From positions 1 through 25,897 of IMG/VR virus record IMGVR_UViG_3300020042_001042: a stretch of 25,897 bases of DNA. One strand, 5' to 3'. A model generated the notes under the pieces. The model was not told the DNA's origin. It saw only the letters and a program-made list of their open reading frames with translations, and did no database searches. Origin of the DNA: a virus. Lineage: Duplodnaviria; Caudoviricetes. Below are positions 15,447 through 24,674 of this stretch, one piece after another. Each line of letters opens with the position of its first letter. Within the stretch, counting starts at the first letter, position 1. The translations under genes and the position numbers were made by a program.

Positions 15447-17278
15447 CCAAGCACCGTCTTGTCTCCAGAATCAATGTGACCAATAATCTGGCCCATCTGG
15501 TAATCACCGCCTACAGCATTTGACTCAAAAAGTACACGCAACTCGCGGCGCTGTTCTTTAAGCATAACAATCTGCTGGTATGGCTCAGTTGCAGATTCAG
15601 GGAATGTAAATACGCTACTGTAAACTTCAGGCGCTCTAGCATTAGCTCGACCCGTGACCTGCACAGTCATAGAACCGTTTTGAACAAAGTCAGGCTCAAT
15701 CTCTGTGATTCGCAAATACTCATTCTTACCTTGTGGAAGTGCGGATAAGTCAGCCGTTTCAAAATATGATTGAATTGGAAACACAAACTGCCCATCAATC
15801 GCATCAACGCCTTGCTCGTGAATCCATACACGATAACCACTTGCCGTAGTAACGCAGTCTGTCAGTAAAGGCGCTGCAAAGCCATTGTTATACCCACCAG
15901 AAGCGCGTCCAGACTCAGGCAGTTCTGTGTCATACCAAGAATTCTCACGCACATTATAGATGATGGCATGCGTACATTCTGTGGCATCACCCTTGGGATA
16001 ACACCACCAAATTTCACCAAAGTGTGGTACTTTAAATGCAAACACTTTAGCGCGGTGATTTGGGTTTACATTATCAAAAAAGTAGTTCAAGTTCATCTGG
16101 TTTGGAACTTCACGCACCACGCCGTTGAACATCAAGAACCGGTCAACACCGCACCAGAAAAACACGCCGTCGTAATCGACTACGCAGTCAGGCGACATGA
16201 TCGAAGTGTCCGTTGCAATTATGTCAAATTGAAATACGGTTGCACCGCCTGTAAAAGTAGCGCGTATGACAGCATCATACGCCCAAAATATACCAGCAGG
16301 CGCTGACCCTGAGCCTGCACGCAGTGGCATGCCCTTGACAATCTTTTGACCCCAGACCCTGGCAATGCCTGAGCCTGAGCCGCTCAAATCAGTAAAAGTG
16401 CCCGGTACAGACCAACCCACAATACCTGCGGTGCCAAAATAAAATAAGTAAGGAAACAGCATCACAATGCCGCCAGTAGCATTTGCACCGGCAGGCAATG
16501 GAATCTCTTTTAACGCAGCAGTTCCTAAAACATCGCCATAGAAAATCTGACCACCTGTATCGTTACACACGCACTGCAAGTTAGGAGCTACGTGCGCAAT
16601 GATCGAGTTAGCAGTTGTTGACGCGTCATACGCAGTTTGGAACATCCACTGGTTATACGCATTGACAACCAACGCATTTAAGCCGCCAGCCATATTTGTC
16701 ACAGTGGTTGTGATCGTTGTTGTGTTAGCCACAACAACAAAGCCGTTAGTGCCTTGGCCAGCAGTTGCGGCCGTAATAGTGATGACCGCGCCAACAGCTA
16801 CAGCAGAATAGTTTGGTGTAGATGCAAAAGCTGTGATGTTTGCAGCAACAGCAATTGCAGTTGTAGGCAAGTCAGTTGTAAATGCAACAGAGCCTGAAGT
16901 GATAGTCACGCCATTGACCGTGATGCTGCTAACCGCTCCTGCGCCGCCACCAGTTAAAGTGACCGTGCCTGTTGCAGCTACAGCCACGGGTGTTCGATTG
17001 CTGATAACCGAACTATTCTTTGTGTCATCAATCGTAAAACGCTCAACGGTTGATGCACCTGCAGAGTGGCAATACTGCAAACTCTGTTGAGTAAAACTAT
17101 TAAAACCCCTAGAGATTTCAGTCAGGTACTTGTTGATTGAGCGGTAACCGCCAATCTTTCTAGGCAGTCCACGCTGAAACCTGACCCATTGCCCGTCAAC
17201 GTAAAAGTCGCCATCGTACCTGGTACCATCTCGCTTGATACCCGGCAAAGACTTTAGGACTATTGTGGATTCTGGCAT
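15443..17278 (-). CDS. Tail nozzle / DNA stabilisation protein (P22 gp10 / tail tubular B-like)
   Basis: N-terminal PGIKRDGT...WVRFQRGLPRKIGG, beta-rich body and C-terminal features EIWWCYP and IYNVRENSW. Lies between the adaptor/fibre genes and the ejection proteins. Confidence 0.75.
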   Translation of the reverse strand: MPESTIVLKSLPGIKRDGTRYDGDFYVDGQWVRFQRGLPRKIGGYRSINKYLTEISRGFNSFTQQSLQYCHSAGASTVERFTIDDTKNSSVISNRTPVAVAATGTVTLTGGGAGAVSSITVNGVTITSGSVAFTTDLPTTAIAVAANITAFASTPNYSAVAVGAVITITAATAGQGTNGFVVVANTTTITTTVTNMAGGLNALVVNAYNQWMFQTAYDASTTANSIIAHVAPNLQCVCNDTGGQIFYGDVLGTAALKEIPLPAGANATGGIVMLFPYLFYFGTAGIVGWSVPGTFTDLSGSGSGIARVWGQKIVKGMPLRAGSGSAPAGIFWAYDAVIRATFTGGATVFQFDIIATDTSIMSPDCVVDYDGVFFWCGVDRFLMFNGVVREVPNQMNLNYFFDNVNPNHRAKVFAFKVPHFGEIWWCYPKGDATECTHAIIYNVRENSWYDTELPESGRASGGYNNGFAAPLLTDCVTTASGYRVWIHEQGVDAIDGQFVFPIQSYFETADLSALPQGKNEYLRITEIEPDFVQNGSMTVQVTGRANARAPEVYSSVFTFPESATEPYQQIVMLKEQRRELRVLFESNAVGGDYQMGQIIGHIDSGDKTVLG

Positions 17279-18471
17279 CAGTACGTGCCTCCGTCAACGA
17301 TCGGGATGTTTCCTAGCGTAGACCAGACAACGCTCTCACTAGCAGCTGTAAATATTGCGTCACCTACTGAAGTTGCGCCTAAGTTGATACGCGCAGCAGA
17401 TGCCGTGGTAGCTCCCGTACCGCCGTCAGCAATAGAAACAGGCAAAGACAAACTAGAAGAATCTGCATCGACTACGTTTGTGCCGTCAGAATAAATAATT
17501 GCACGCTGCCCGGTGCTAAAGTTAATTCCCGTTCCGGCGGAAGTCTTAACTGTAAAGGTGTACGCACCTGTTGTTTCGTTGTTGATCCAGTATTGCTGAA
17601 CTGTTGCAGGAACAATGATGTTACGGTTTCCGGTCAAAACGCCTGTAAATTTATAGGCAATACGATTCAACTCACTGCCGCTCAATGTGTAATTACCAGT
17701 CCCGGCGACATTGATAACCGTATAGTCAAATGCAAAAATAGCAGACTGACCAAAACCAATAGTGTAGAAATTTAAGCCGTCTGTTGCAATGATGGCAGAC
17801 TCACCTGGTTGAAAACTCAGTGACGCTAAACCATCAATCAGAGGCGCACCTGTAGGGTCAGCTGAGACAGCGCCTGAACCGGCGTTGCGCAAATAAACAA
17901 ACCAGTTGTCACCCACAGTAGGCGCTGAGGGTAGAGTAAACGTACCGCCTGCGCCACTCCAGACAAACATCTTAGCGCGATCGCTTGCGCCTGCGGTGTA
18001 ATTGCTATTGAAAGTGGTAATAGGCACTGACTGAGACAACAGTGTGCCTACAGCCACAATGCCAGTGCCAGCCAAAGCAGATGCGTTAGCTTCAGATACC
18101 GTAGCGCCAAACTGCAATGACTCCCACAAGCCGTTTGTTGTGGTGTTGCTAGTCAAATAAATCTGATAGACCGTCCCGGCGGCAATCGACGCAATTTGCG
18201 TACCCCCAGCGTTCTTAACTATAAAAGTTTGAGCGCCTTGGTTGTTGAACAGGATGGTGTTGCCAACGCCACTCTTTTTGGCATCTGGCAAAAAGATTGA
18301 CAGACTTGCAGTAGCGGCTGTTACATCAATGATGCGCGTTGCTAAGTTAGTGTTGGTTGAGGTTTCCTCTGGCCAACTTAGCGTTACATCCACAGTTAGC
18401 GCAATCTCGCTGTAGCTAATCTCACTTGGGTAGATGTTTGCGCCGCCAAAAACGTCTGTATAGATAGGCAT
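17278..18471 (-). CDS. Tail fibre-type protein (397 aa)
   Basis: Three (T/I)-L-P-x-A...N-x-G beta repeats and the C-terminal GGTGATTASAARINLG motif common in phage fibres. Confidence 0.65.
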   Translation of the reverse strand: MPIYTDVFGGANIYPSEISYSEIALTVDVTLSWPEETSTNTNLATRIIDVTAATASLSIFLPDAKKSGVGNTILFNNQGAQTFIVKNAGGTQIASIAAGTVYQIYLTSNTTTNGLWESLQFGATVSEANASALAGTGIVAVGTLLSQSVPITTFNSNYTAGASDRAKMFVWSGAGGTFTLPSAPTVGDNWFVYLRNAGSGAVSADPTGAPLIDGLASLSFQPGESAIIATDGLNFYTIGFGQSAIFAFDYTVINVAGTGNYTLSGSELNRIAYKFTGVLTGNRNIIVPATVQQYWINNETTGAYTFTVKTSAGTGINFSTGQRAIIYSDGTNVVDADSSSLSLPVSIADGGTGATTASAARINLGATSVGDAIFTAASESVVWSTLGNIPIVDGGTY

Positions 18472-19103
18472 TAAGCTTCACTCCTATTTGCTGAGCGATC
18501 CATGATGCGCTTTAGGTCTTCTCCGTTGAGAGCCTGAGCAGCACGGTCGTACATTGCTTGCCACACTTGAATACGCTCATCTTTTTTAAGGAATGGAGCA
18601 GCCTCAAGCAAGGTTGCATACAACAACACGTCAGGGGCGTATTCAGTGAGATAATTGGTTTGTAATTCATCGCCCAAAAGGGCAGGTTGTTCGTAGTACA
18701 AAATCTCAAGAGTTTGCACTGTAGAAGGCGTTGGGGTGATCAGCCAATTCTGATAGTCATAGTCCGCATAGAACTGAGGGGCTGCGGTCTGAGATTCATT
18801 AGGCCAATAGTTGCGGCAATACTCGTAAGCTCTGGCAAAGATAGGCGACCCTGTGACAGTCATGCTGATTGTGTCACGCCAGCGGTCAGGCTTAAGATAG
18901 ACAGCCACACCAACGGATAAGGGAGTACTAACAGCCCGGATAAAGCCCTGAATTTTAAGCTCTCGGGCAATGCGCCGCTCACCTAGTGTAACTAAGCGCG
19001 GAAGCTGGTCATAAACAATTTGATCACTCTCTTGCGTGAAACCACGCTCAAGGTAGCGTCGCACGTCTACCAGCAGACTGTCGTACGTCATGCTATAGCT
19101 CAT
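18471..19103 (-). CDS. Head-tail adaptor (tail tubular protein A-like)
   Basis: 210 aa with YDSL...YLER, GERRIAREL, PTP, and YAPDVLLYATLLEAAPFLKKDER motifs; GGAG RBS; first gene of the tail block. Confidence 0.75.
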   Translation of the reverse strand: MSYSMTYDSLLVDVRRYLERGFTQESDQIVYDQLPRLVTLGERRIARELKIQGFIRAVSTPLSVGVAVYLKPDRWRDTISMTVTGSPIFARAYEYCRNYWPNESQTAAPQFYADYDYQNWLITPTPSTVQTLEILYYEQPALLGDELQTNYLTEYAPDVLLYATLLEAAPFLKKDERIQVWQAMYDRAAQALNGEDLKRIMDRSANRSEA

Positions 19104-19168
19104 AAATACTCCGTAGGTATTAGCCGCTGATTCAGCATGCGCCGTTTAGATGGATTATAACCTTGAAA
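19104..19168 (-). promoter_or_regulatory. Putative promoter and leader for the tail/ejection block
   Basis: Consensus TATAAT on the minus strand (19154-19159) in the longest internal gap of this arm, followed by a GCTGAATCAGC dyad and a GGAG RBS. No clear -35. Confidence 0.45.
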
Positions 19169-19597
19169 TTAAACAAACGCTCGAGTGCCTGCTTTGTCAA
19201 TGATAAGCGCCTGTTTACGTGGGGTTCCGTCTGGTGTGTTTGTCACGCTGATGTGCGTCCATGCGTCAAACTCGCGGATGATCTGGTCAAATGGCAAACC
19301 AGCAGCAATAACTGCCTTGACAACTGCATCAGGGGTCATTCCGGGGACACGTAAGTCTGCTGCACAGCCAATACGGTGCTGAGACGTGTCTTTGCTGCCT
19401 ACGCTATCGTTGACCTGCTTTGAGCGAAACCCAGAGTTGATCATGATTGGCTTGCCGTCCAACGCTTCTTTAACCTGTTCTAAGAACTCGGCCAGCCTTT
19501 GAAGGTTGGCAGTCTCGGCTTCGTTTGGCGTGTTGTCAAACTGGCGATGGCTGGTAGCAGTCAGCTCTTCCAGCGTAAAGTGTTCTGTGAGGTTCAT
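19169..19597 (-). CDS. Endolysin, peptidase M15A family zinc peptidase
   Basis: HFTLEEL, INSGFRS, SQHRIGCAAD (SxHxxGxAxD) and WTHIS motifs. Confidence 0.88.
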   Translation of the reverse strand: MNLTEHFTLEELTATSHRQFDNTPNEAETANLQRLAEFLEQVKEALDGKPIMINSGFRSKQVNDSVGSKDTSQHRIGCAADLRVPGMTPDAVVKAVIAAGLPFDQIIREFDAWTHISVTNTPDGTPRKQALIIDKAGTRAFV

Positions 19598-20079
19598 TTT
19601 TTACTCAACAAATCTGTCTTGGCTTGAGAGCCGGCGCTAGAGCCAAAATAATACGCAATTATCCCCGTCCAAGCTGTGCCGAGGCTTCCCAACATCATCA
19701 GGATGGCGGGGTTGCTGTCGTCTAGCTTGTTGAAGAACATCATCACCATGATGCTGAAAAATCCAATGGTTACAGCACCCGCCAGCAGGGGTGGCATGAT
19801 TGACTTGGTGATTGACTGCATGTTCCGTGCAGACTTCCTGTCCTCAACTTCTAGCTTTTCAAAGTTTAGGCCAAGCTCTTGCGCCTGCTTTTGAAGCTCG
19901 ATCTCAGCAATCTTGACTTGAGCAATCTGGTCTGCTGACAGCTTGTTGCTAGAGATTAAGTCGCCAACTTTTTCGGGATCAACGCCAATTGCTTTGGAGA
20001 TAGCAGAAACAGCCATCCCCGCTAGTGGGCCACCAAGTGCCGTGGCAATCGTTGGTGCAATTTGTTTTAGCCAGTCCAT
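19594..20079 (-). CDS. Holin-like membrane protein (GTA-type 3TM holin-like)
   Basis: IAPTIATALGGPLAG N-terminus, DRKSAR, two C-terminal TM helices and YYFGSS; adjacent to the endolysin. Confidence 0.7.
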   Translation of the reverse strand: MDWLKQIAPTIATALGGPLAGMAVSAISKAIGVDPEKVGDLISSNKLSADQIAQVKIAEIELQKQAQELGLNFEKLEVEDRKSARNMQSITKSIMPPLLAGAVTIGFFSIMVMMFFNKLDDSNPAILMMLGSLGTAWTGIIAYYFGSSAGSQAKTDLLSKK

Positions 20080-20387
20080 TATTTTCTCTCCATTTTGGTT
20101 TCAATAACTGCAATACTTTGGCGGTTGTGCATGATGTCGTCACGGTTTTTTTGGATTTCTTTTTCTAAGTCTTGACGCAGTTTTTCACGCGCCAGTTCAG
20201 CGCCTGTATTTGATGCTTGCTTATTGTCGCTAGTAACCACTAGACTGATCTTGCTGTTGAGAATTGTGACCTCATGCGCCAGATTTGACAGCGCCGACAT
20301 CAGGTACACTACGCAACTAAACAGCAGTGGCAGCAATGCAAATGTGATCTTTTCAACCAGTGCGCCCTTGGCGGATTCTTCAGACAT
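20079..20387 (-). CDS. Membrane-anchored coiled-coil protein in lysis cassette
   Basis: N-terminal TM segment followed by a heptad-like charged helix; AAGGAG RBS. Confidence 0.7.
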   Translation of the reverse strand: MSEESAKGALVEKITFALLPLLFSCVVYLMSALSNLAHEVTILNSKISLVVTSDNKQASNTGAELAREKLRQDLEKEIQKNRDDIMHNRQSIAVIETKMERK

Positions 20388-20389
20388 AT

Positions 20390-20884
20390 TTATCTCCTTT
20401 GAAAATCACATTTGCCAGCGCATTGCTCAAGAATTGTAAAAGACAGATAAGCAACAAAACCTATCAAGGCAAAAAAGACCAAGACCAGCATCACAATTTC
20501 AAGAGTTTCTTCAACTTCTTTTTTGTGCTTTGCCGCAGCTTCTCGTTCGCGCCTAGCATCGTGAGCCGCCTCAACATCCATTGCTGCCGCTCGTTCTTTT
20601 ATCTTATTCCAGACATCCACCTTACCAGCCTGCATAAACAGCAATTGCAACTCGGCCTCAAACCTTTTTGCTTGGTCAAGAGCCATCTCAATTTGGATGG
20701 CAACCCCCATGCTGGACTTAGATTTCTTGGCTTGAGAAACAGCCTTGGTTGCCGTACTCTTTGCATCAAAATACTTGCCCAAAACAGGGCCAAGCGATGC
20801 TACATCGTCAACAGTTTTGCTGACCTTCTTGATTAGCGCAACCGCCGCCTGTATCCCAGCTAGGGCTGTTAGCGGATCAATCAT
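20390..20884 (-). CDS. Hypothetical helical protein with C-terminal TM helix (164 aa)
   Basis: MIDPLTALAG start, coiled region, TM helix, then a CAGKC tail. Confidence 0.75.
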   Translation of the reverse strand: MIDPLTALAGIQAAVALIKKVSKTVDDVASLGPVLGKYFDAKSTATKAVSQAKKSKSSMGVAIQIEMALDQAKRFEAELQLLFMQAGKVDVWNKIKERAAAMDVEAAHDARREREAAAKHKKEVEETLEIVMLVLVFFALIGFVAYLSFTILEQCAGKCDFQRR

Positions 20885-21036
20885 TTTCGTTTAACCTTTT
20901 CCCACTGTAGGCAAACAACTTTGCGGTTATAGACATCCCCGCTCCACGCCCACCGCACACAGCGGTATTCAGTCTTTTTATCTTGGCTGGCTGCTCCTGG
21001 TAAAAAAACCAAAAAGAGCATTAAAAGCCAGCGCAT
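20881..21036 (-). CDS. Small (51 aa) exported peptide with Cys pair, absent from ORF track
   Basis: Translates as MRWLLMLFLVFLPGAASQDKKTEYRCVRWAWSGDVYNRKVVCLQWEKVKRK*. It fills the gap, has an ATGA overlap with the next gene and a signal-peptide-like N-terminus. Confidence 0.75.
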   Translation of the reverse strand: MRWLLMLFLVFLPGAASQDKKTEYRCVRWAWSGDVYNRKVVCLQWEKVKRK

Positions 21037-21041
21037 ACATG

Positions 21042-21407
21042 TTAGACAGTCACTTCAACCCAAGATGTTGTAGCTTCATCCCAACTGTACATTTTGTTGT
21101 CTGTTGGGTATGGCACCGGAGCGCCCCACTGACAAGTTGTCTCGTTTAAAACCCAGCTTGGGTACGGCTTGGGCGCAATAAAGGCGTTGCGGATTGGATC
21201 GTACTGATATCCAATACCTGCGTAGTTGAAACGCATATTGCCGTTGTAGCTTGTCTGCTTCCAGCGTGTATTAGGGAATAGTGACTGACAAAACGCTACG
21301 CCAACAGCCTCAGATTCACTGCCGTTTTCATCCAGACACTCGCTGTTGTTTACCACAATAACTTGCAGTACTACGTTGTTTTCATCAAGTTGTGCAAAAT
21401 GTGCCAT
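21042..21407 (-). CDS. Tail fibre-associated / assembly protein (121 aa)
   Basis: MAHFAQLD...WKQTSYN...YAGIGYQYD...FIAPKPYPSW...W.APVPYP...WDE pattern typical of genes beside Gly-rich phage tail proteins; GAGGTG RBS. Confidence 0.65.
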   Translation of the reverse strand: MAHFAQLDENNVVLQVIVVNNSECLDENGSESEAVGVAFCQSLFPNTRWKQTSYNGNMRFNYAGIGYQYDPIRNAFIAPKPYPSWVLNETTCQWGAPVPYPTDNKMYSWDEATTSWVEVTV

Positions 21408-21415
21408 ATATCACC

Positions 21416-22573
21416 TCAGAATGTAATTGAACCGGAACCAGTCCACTTGTAAATTTTGTACCCACCAGTGTTGGTGAATGTTGGAGAGCCTGTAGTGGAT
21501 GCGGCGTCATCAAAGGTATCTGCGTAACGAATGATGACAATACCTGAGCCACCATTAAATCCAGCTTTAGGAGAGCCAACGTCACCACAACCGCCACCGC
21601 CGCCGCCAGTGTTGGCAGTGCCAGCACTACCGGGTTGTCTATCATTTGTTTGACCGTTACCTCCCCCGCCAGTTCCTCCAGCACCACCAGAAGCCCTGCC
21701 GCCACCACCTCCGCCACCAGCATAAGTTACTGAAGTACCCGTAATTGAAGAAGCTACCCCATTACCACCAGCACCAGAGACACCTGAAGTGCTGTTTCCT
21801 CCCGCCGCGCCAGCGCCGCCGCCGCCACCGGCCTCTGTGAAGTTAGGACTACCGCCGTCATATCCTTGCCTTGGTGGGCCTGCGGTTCCTGTTCCGGGAA
21901 TTCCGCCGCTGTATCCAGCGCCGCCGCCTGAACCACCATTCTTTTTGGCATTAGTGCTTTCCTTCACTCCAGCGCCGCCGCCAGTTGATGTAACAGAACT
22001 AAAAACTGAATCGCTTCCTTTGGTTGCATTATCTGCGGGTGAAGCAGGTGATCCAGTTCCTCCAGCCCCTACAGTCACAGTAATTGCAGAACCAGATGAA
22101 ACAGCAAAACCAGAAGCTGTTAACAAACCACCAGCACCGCCTCCACCACCATCATCTGCCGCACCACCGCCTCCTCCAGCGACAACGAGATATTCAACTG
22201 TAGATGTCTTGTTTGTTGCTGAAGGAGTTACGCTATTTGAAGCCGCGCTTGCTGGGCCGGTCGTAAATGTAGTAGCCCGCACTGTAAATGTATAAGCCGT
22301 ACCATTACTTAATCCAGTTACTACTACAGGCGATGATGCTCCTGTGCCAGTTAAACTTCCGGGACTAGACGTAACTGTGTAGCTTGTGATTGATGCGCCG
22401 CCTGTTGCAGCAGGTGCTGTAAACGTAACGGACGCTTGCGCGTTACCCGCAGTGGCTGTGCCAATCGTAGGTGCACCGGGGAATGTAGGGAAGTTGGAAC
22501 CCTGCAAGAACCGTTTAACCTTCTTTACAGTCCACAGACCATTAGCGTTTGTTTGTGATGGAAATTGAGCCAT
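21416..22573 (-). CDS. Glycine-rich adhesin-like tail protein with fibronectin type III domain (paralog C)
   Basis: Leader MAQFPS..W..NFP, FN3 (PGAPTIGTAT...GLSNGTAYTFTV), VEYLVVAGGG, poly-Gly repeats, GGSGIVIIRY and terminal GSITF. Confidence 0.8.
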   Translation of the reverse strand: MAQFPSQTNANGLWTVKKVKRFLQGSNFPTFPGAPTIGTATAGNAQASVTFTAPAATGGASITSYTVTSSPGSLTGTGASSPVVVTGLSNGTAYTFTVRATTFTTGPASAASNSVTPSATNKTSTVEYLVVAGGGGGAADDGGGGGAGGLLTASGFAVSSGSAITVTVGAGGTGSPASPADNATKGSDSVFSSVTSTGGGAGVKESTNAKKNGGSGGGAGYSGGIPGTGTAGPPRQGYDGGSPNFTEAGGGGGAGAAGGNSTSGVSGAGGNGVASSITGTSVTYAGGGGGGGRASGGAGGTGGGGNGQTNDRQPGSAGTANTGGGGGGCGDVGSPKAGFNGGSGIVIIRYADTFDDAASTTGSPTFTNTGGYKIYKWTGSGSITF

Positions 22574-22590
22574 GATTAAAACGTAATTGA
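22556..22590. repeat. Direct repeat copy at adhesin gene junction (partner 23740-23774)
   Basis: TGATGGAAATTGAGCCATGATTA is identical over 23 nt, and the match extends to 35 nt with 2 mismatches. Confidence 0.85.
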
Positions 22591-23757
22591 TCCAGAACCA
22601 GTCCAGCGATAGATCTTAAAACCGCCAGTGTTTGTAAAGGTTGGTGAACCTGTTGTTGATGCGGCATCATCAAAGGTGTTGGAATACCGGATAATGACAA
22701 CACCTGAGCCACCCGCAGCAGAATTATTTTGGAAGTCTCCACCAGCGCCGCCTCCGCCACCAGTATTTGCTGTGCCAGCGGTTGGAACAATAGTTGCATT
22801 GCCGCCCGTACCGCCACCGCCTGATCCACCTGCGCCGGGGGTTCTAGAACTTCTAGCGCCGCCTCCACCTCCACCAGCGTAAGTTACTGAGGAGCCAGAG
22901 TACGACGATGCTGTGCCCGCGCCCCCATTTCCGCCATTACTTCCAGATGAAGCATTACCCCCTTGAGCGGTTGCTCCGCCACCACCGCCCGATTCATCAC
23001 CAGAAGCTAAGCCGCCAGAATTACCCTGACCAGACACCCCTGTGCCAGCAGTATTTCTTTCAATCTCAGCGCCGCCACCAGAGCCACCATTCTGGGCATA
23101 TCCAGTAACAACAGAACTATTGTAAGTTGCTCCCCCACCACCTCCTGTGGATGTAATGGAACTAAACACCGAGTTAAGACCATTAGAGCCTGCAAAGTCT
23201 TTGGCAACACCGCCTGCACCGCCAGCGCCGACAGTCACTGTAATAGCAGACCCCGCTGACACAGCAAAAGATGTTGCTGTACGGAAACCACCTGCGCCGC
23301 CACCGCCACCACCCCGTGAGGAATTACCAAAACCACCGCCACCACCACCAGCAACTACTAAATAATCAACGGTAGTGGTTTTATTTGCAGCACTAGGAGT
23401 TACGCTATTTGATGCAGCACTTTCTGCGCCATACCCCACGGCATTTTGCGCTGCTACTGTAAATGTATAAGCAGTTCCATTAGATAAGCCAGTTATCACA
23501 ATGGGGGAAGAAGCGCCTGTTGCAGTAATACCGCTTGGAGAAGAGGTAACTTTATACCCTGTAATTGCAGAACCGCCATCACTTGCTGGCGCTGTAAAAG
23601 TTACAGATGCTTGTGCATTACCACCGGTAGCCGTGCCAATTGTTGGCGCTCCGGGTACAGTAGCAGTACTGGGCCAATTATTCCCTGCACGAGCACGATA
23701 AACGTCCGTCATGTTCCAGACATCAGATGCGCTTGTTGTTGATGGAAATTGAGCCAT
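22576..23757 (-). CDS. Glycine-rich adhesin-like tail protein with fibronectin type III domain (paralog B)
   Basis: Same architecture as 21416-22573, with different loops between the Gly runs. Confidence 0.8.
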   Translation of the reverse strand: MAQFPSTTSASDVWNMTDVYRARAGNNWPSTATVPGAPTIGTATGGNAQASVTFTAPASDGGSAITGYKVTSSPSGITATGASSPIVITGLSNGTAYTFTVAAQNAVGYGAESAASNSVTPSAANKTTTVDYLVVAGGGGGGFGNSSRGGGGGGAGGFRTATSFAVSAGSAITVTVGAGGAGGVAKDFAGSNGLNSVFSSITSTGGGGGATYNSSVVTGYAQNGGSGGGAEIERNTAGTGVSGQGNSGGLASGDESGGGGGATAQGGNASSGSNGGNGGAGTASSYSGSSVTYAGGGGGGARSSRTPGAGGSGGGGTGGNATIVPTAGTANTGGGGGAGGDFQNNSAAGGSGVVIIRYSNTFDDAASTTGSPTFTNTGGFKIYRWTGSGSITF

Positions 23758-23774
23758 GATTAGAATGTAATTGA
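23740..23774. repeat. Direct repeat copy at adhesin gene junction (partner 22556-22590)
   Basis: See partner. In addition, AGAATGTAATTGAACCGG (23762-23779) is identical to 21418-21435. Confidence 0.85.
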
Positions 23775-24674
23775 ACCGGTTCCGGTAAACGTATAGATAC
23801 GATAGCCGCCTGTAATGGCTATTGTTGGCGAACCAGTTGTAGATGACGCTGCATTGTAGGTATCCGCATAACGAATAATTACAACACCCGAGCCACCTGC
23901 GGCTCCAGTTGCGCCTGAGCCTCTAGATCCACCACCACCTCCGCCTGTATTGTCTGTACCAGCAGTTCCCGATCCGTTATCAGTACCAGCATAACCAGCG
24001 CCGCCACCGCCAGCACCACCCGCTCCACCACTTGCCCCAGTGCGAGTTCCGCCGCCACCTCCGCCTCCATAGTAAGTAGCACCGCCACTAGGCCATACAA
24101 CGCCCACACCGCCTGCACCGCCGTTTCCACCGCCAGTAGCCGCTTGACCAACGCCGCCTGCACCGCCGCCTCCACCTGTTGCGCCATCACCAGCAGAACC
24201 TTGCGCGGCCCCACCAGCATAACCTTCTACGGGTGAATAACTACCTGCATTACCAGAACCGGGCGGGTACAGCGTACCGCCAGTGTTTGTACTTCCTCCG
24301 CCACCAGAACCACCAGTACGCCCGTTATTTGATAAAGCACCTCCACCCCCGCCTCCGGTTGTGTTAATGCTAAAAGCAGACGAAGTGCTACCGTCATTAC
24401 CCACCCCTGTGGGTGCTTTTGATGCTCCGCCAGCGCCAACAGTTATTGTGTAAGTTGTGCTTGCAGTAACAGAAGCAGTGCCAGACCTTAAACCGCCAGC
24501 ACCACCACCAGCACCAACATACGACCCCGCGCTACCACCACCCGCAACCACAAGATATTCAACTGTTGGGGGTGCAGTAATCGGTACAGGCCAATTCCCG
24601 CCCATGACGGCATCCCGAACATCAAGCATTCCCCATACGCCATAAGCGCTGCTAGGGGAGGGAAAATCTGCCAT
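23760..24674 (-). CDS. Glycine-rich adhesin-like tail protein without FN3 (paralog A)
   Basis: Leader MADFPS..GVW..GNWP joined directly to VEYLVVAGGG; same C-terminal GSITF module. Confidence 0.8.
   Translation of the reverse strand: MADFPSPSSAYGVWGMLDVRDAVMGGNWPVPITAPPTVEYLVVAGGGSAGSYVGAGGGAGGLRSGTASVTASTTYTITVGAGGASKAPTGVGNDGSTSSAFSINTTGGGGGGALSNNGRTGGSGGGGSTNTGGTLYPPGSGNAGSYSPVEGYAGGAAQGSAGDGATGGGGGAGGVGQAATGGGNGGAGGVGVVWPSGGATYYGGGGGGGTRTGASGGAGGAGGGGAGYAGTDNGSGTAGTDNTGGGGGGSRGSGATGAAGGSGVVIIRYADTYNAASSTTGSPTIAITGGYRIYTFTGTGSITF

Noticed and set aside
20310-20350. LLFSC as a lipobox (o-spanin or u-spanin) in the 102-aa protein
   Set aside because: Phe at -2 is atypical, the N-region is not clearly basic, and hydrophobic residues continue after the Cys, which favours a plain TM anchor.
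21416-24674. Diversity-generating retroelement TR/VR pair among the similar adhesin 3' ends
   Set aside because: Differences are mostly synonymous and not adenine-specific, all copies are coding, and no reverse transcriptase is in the window.
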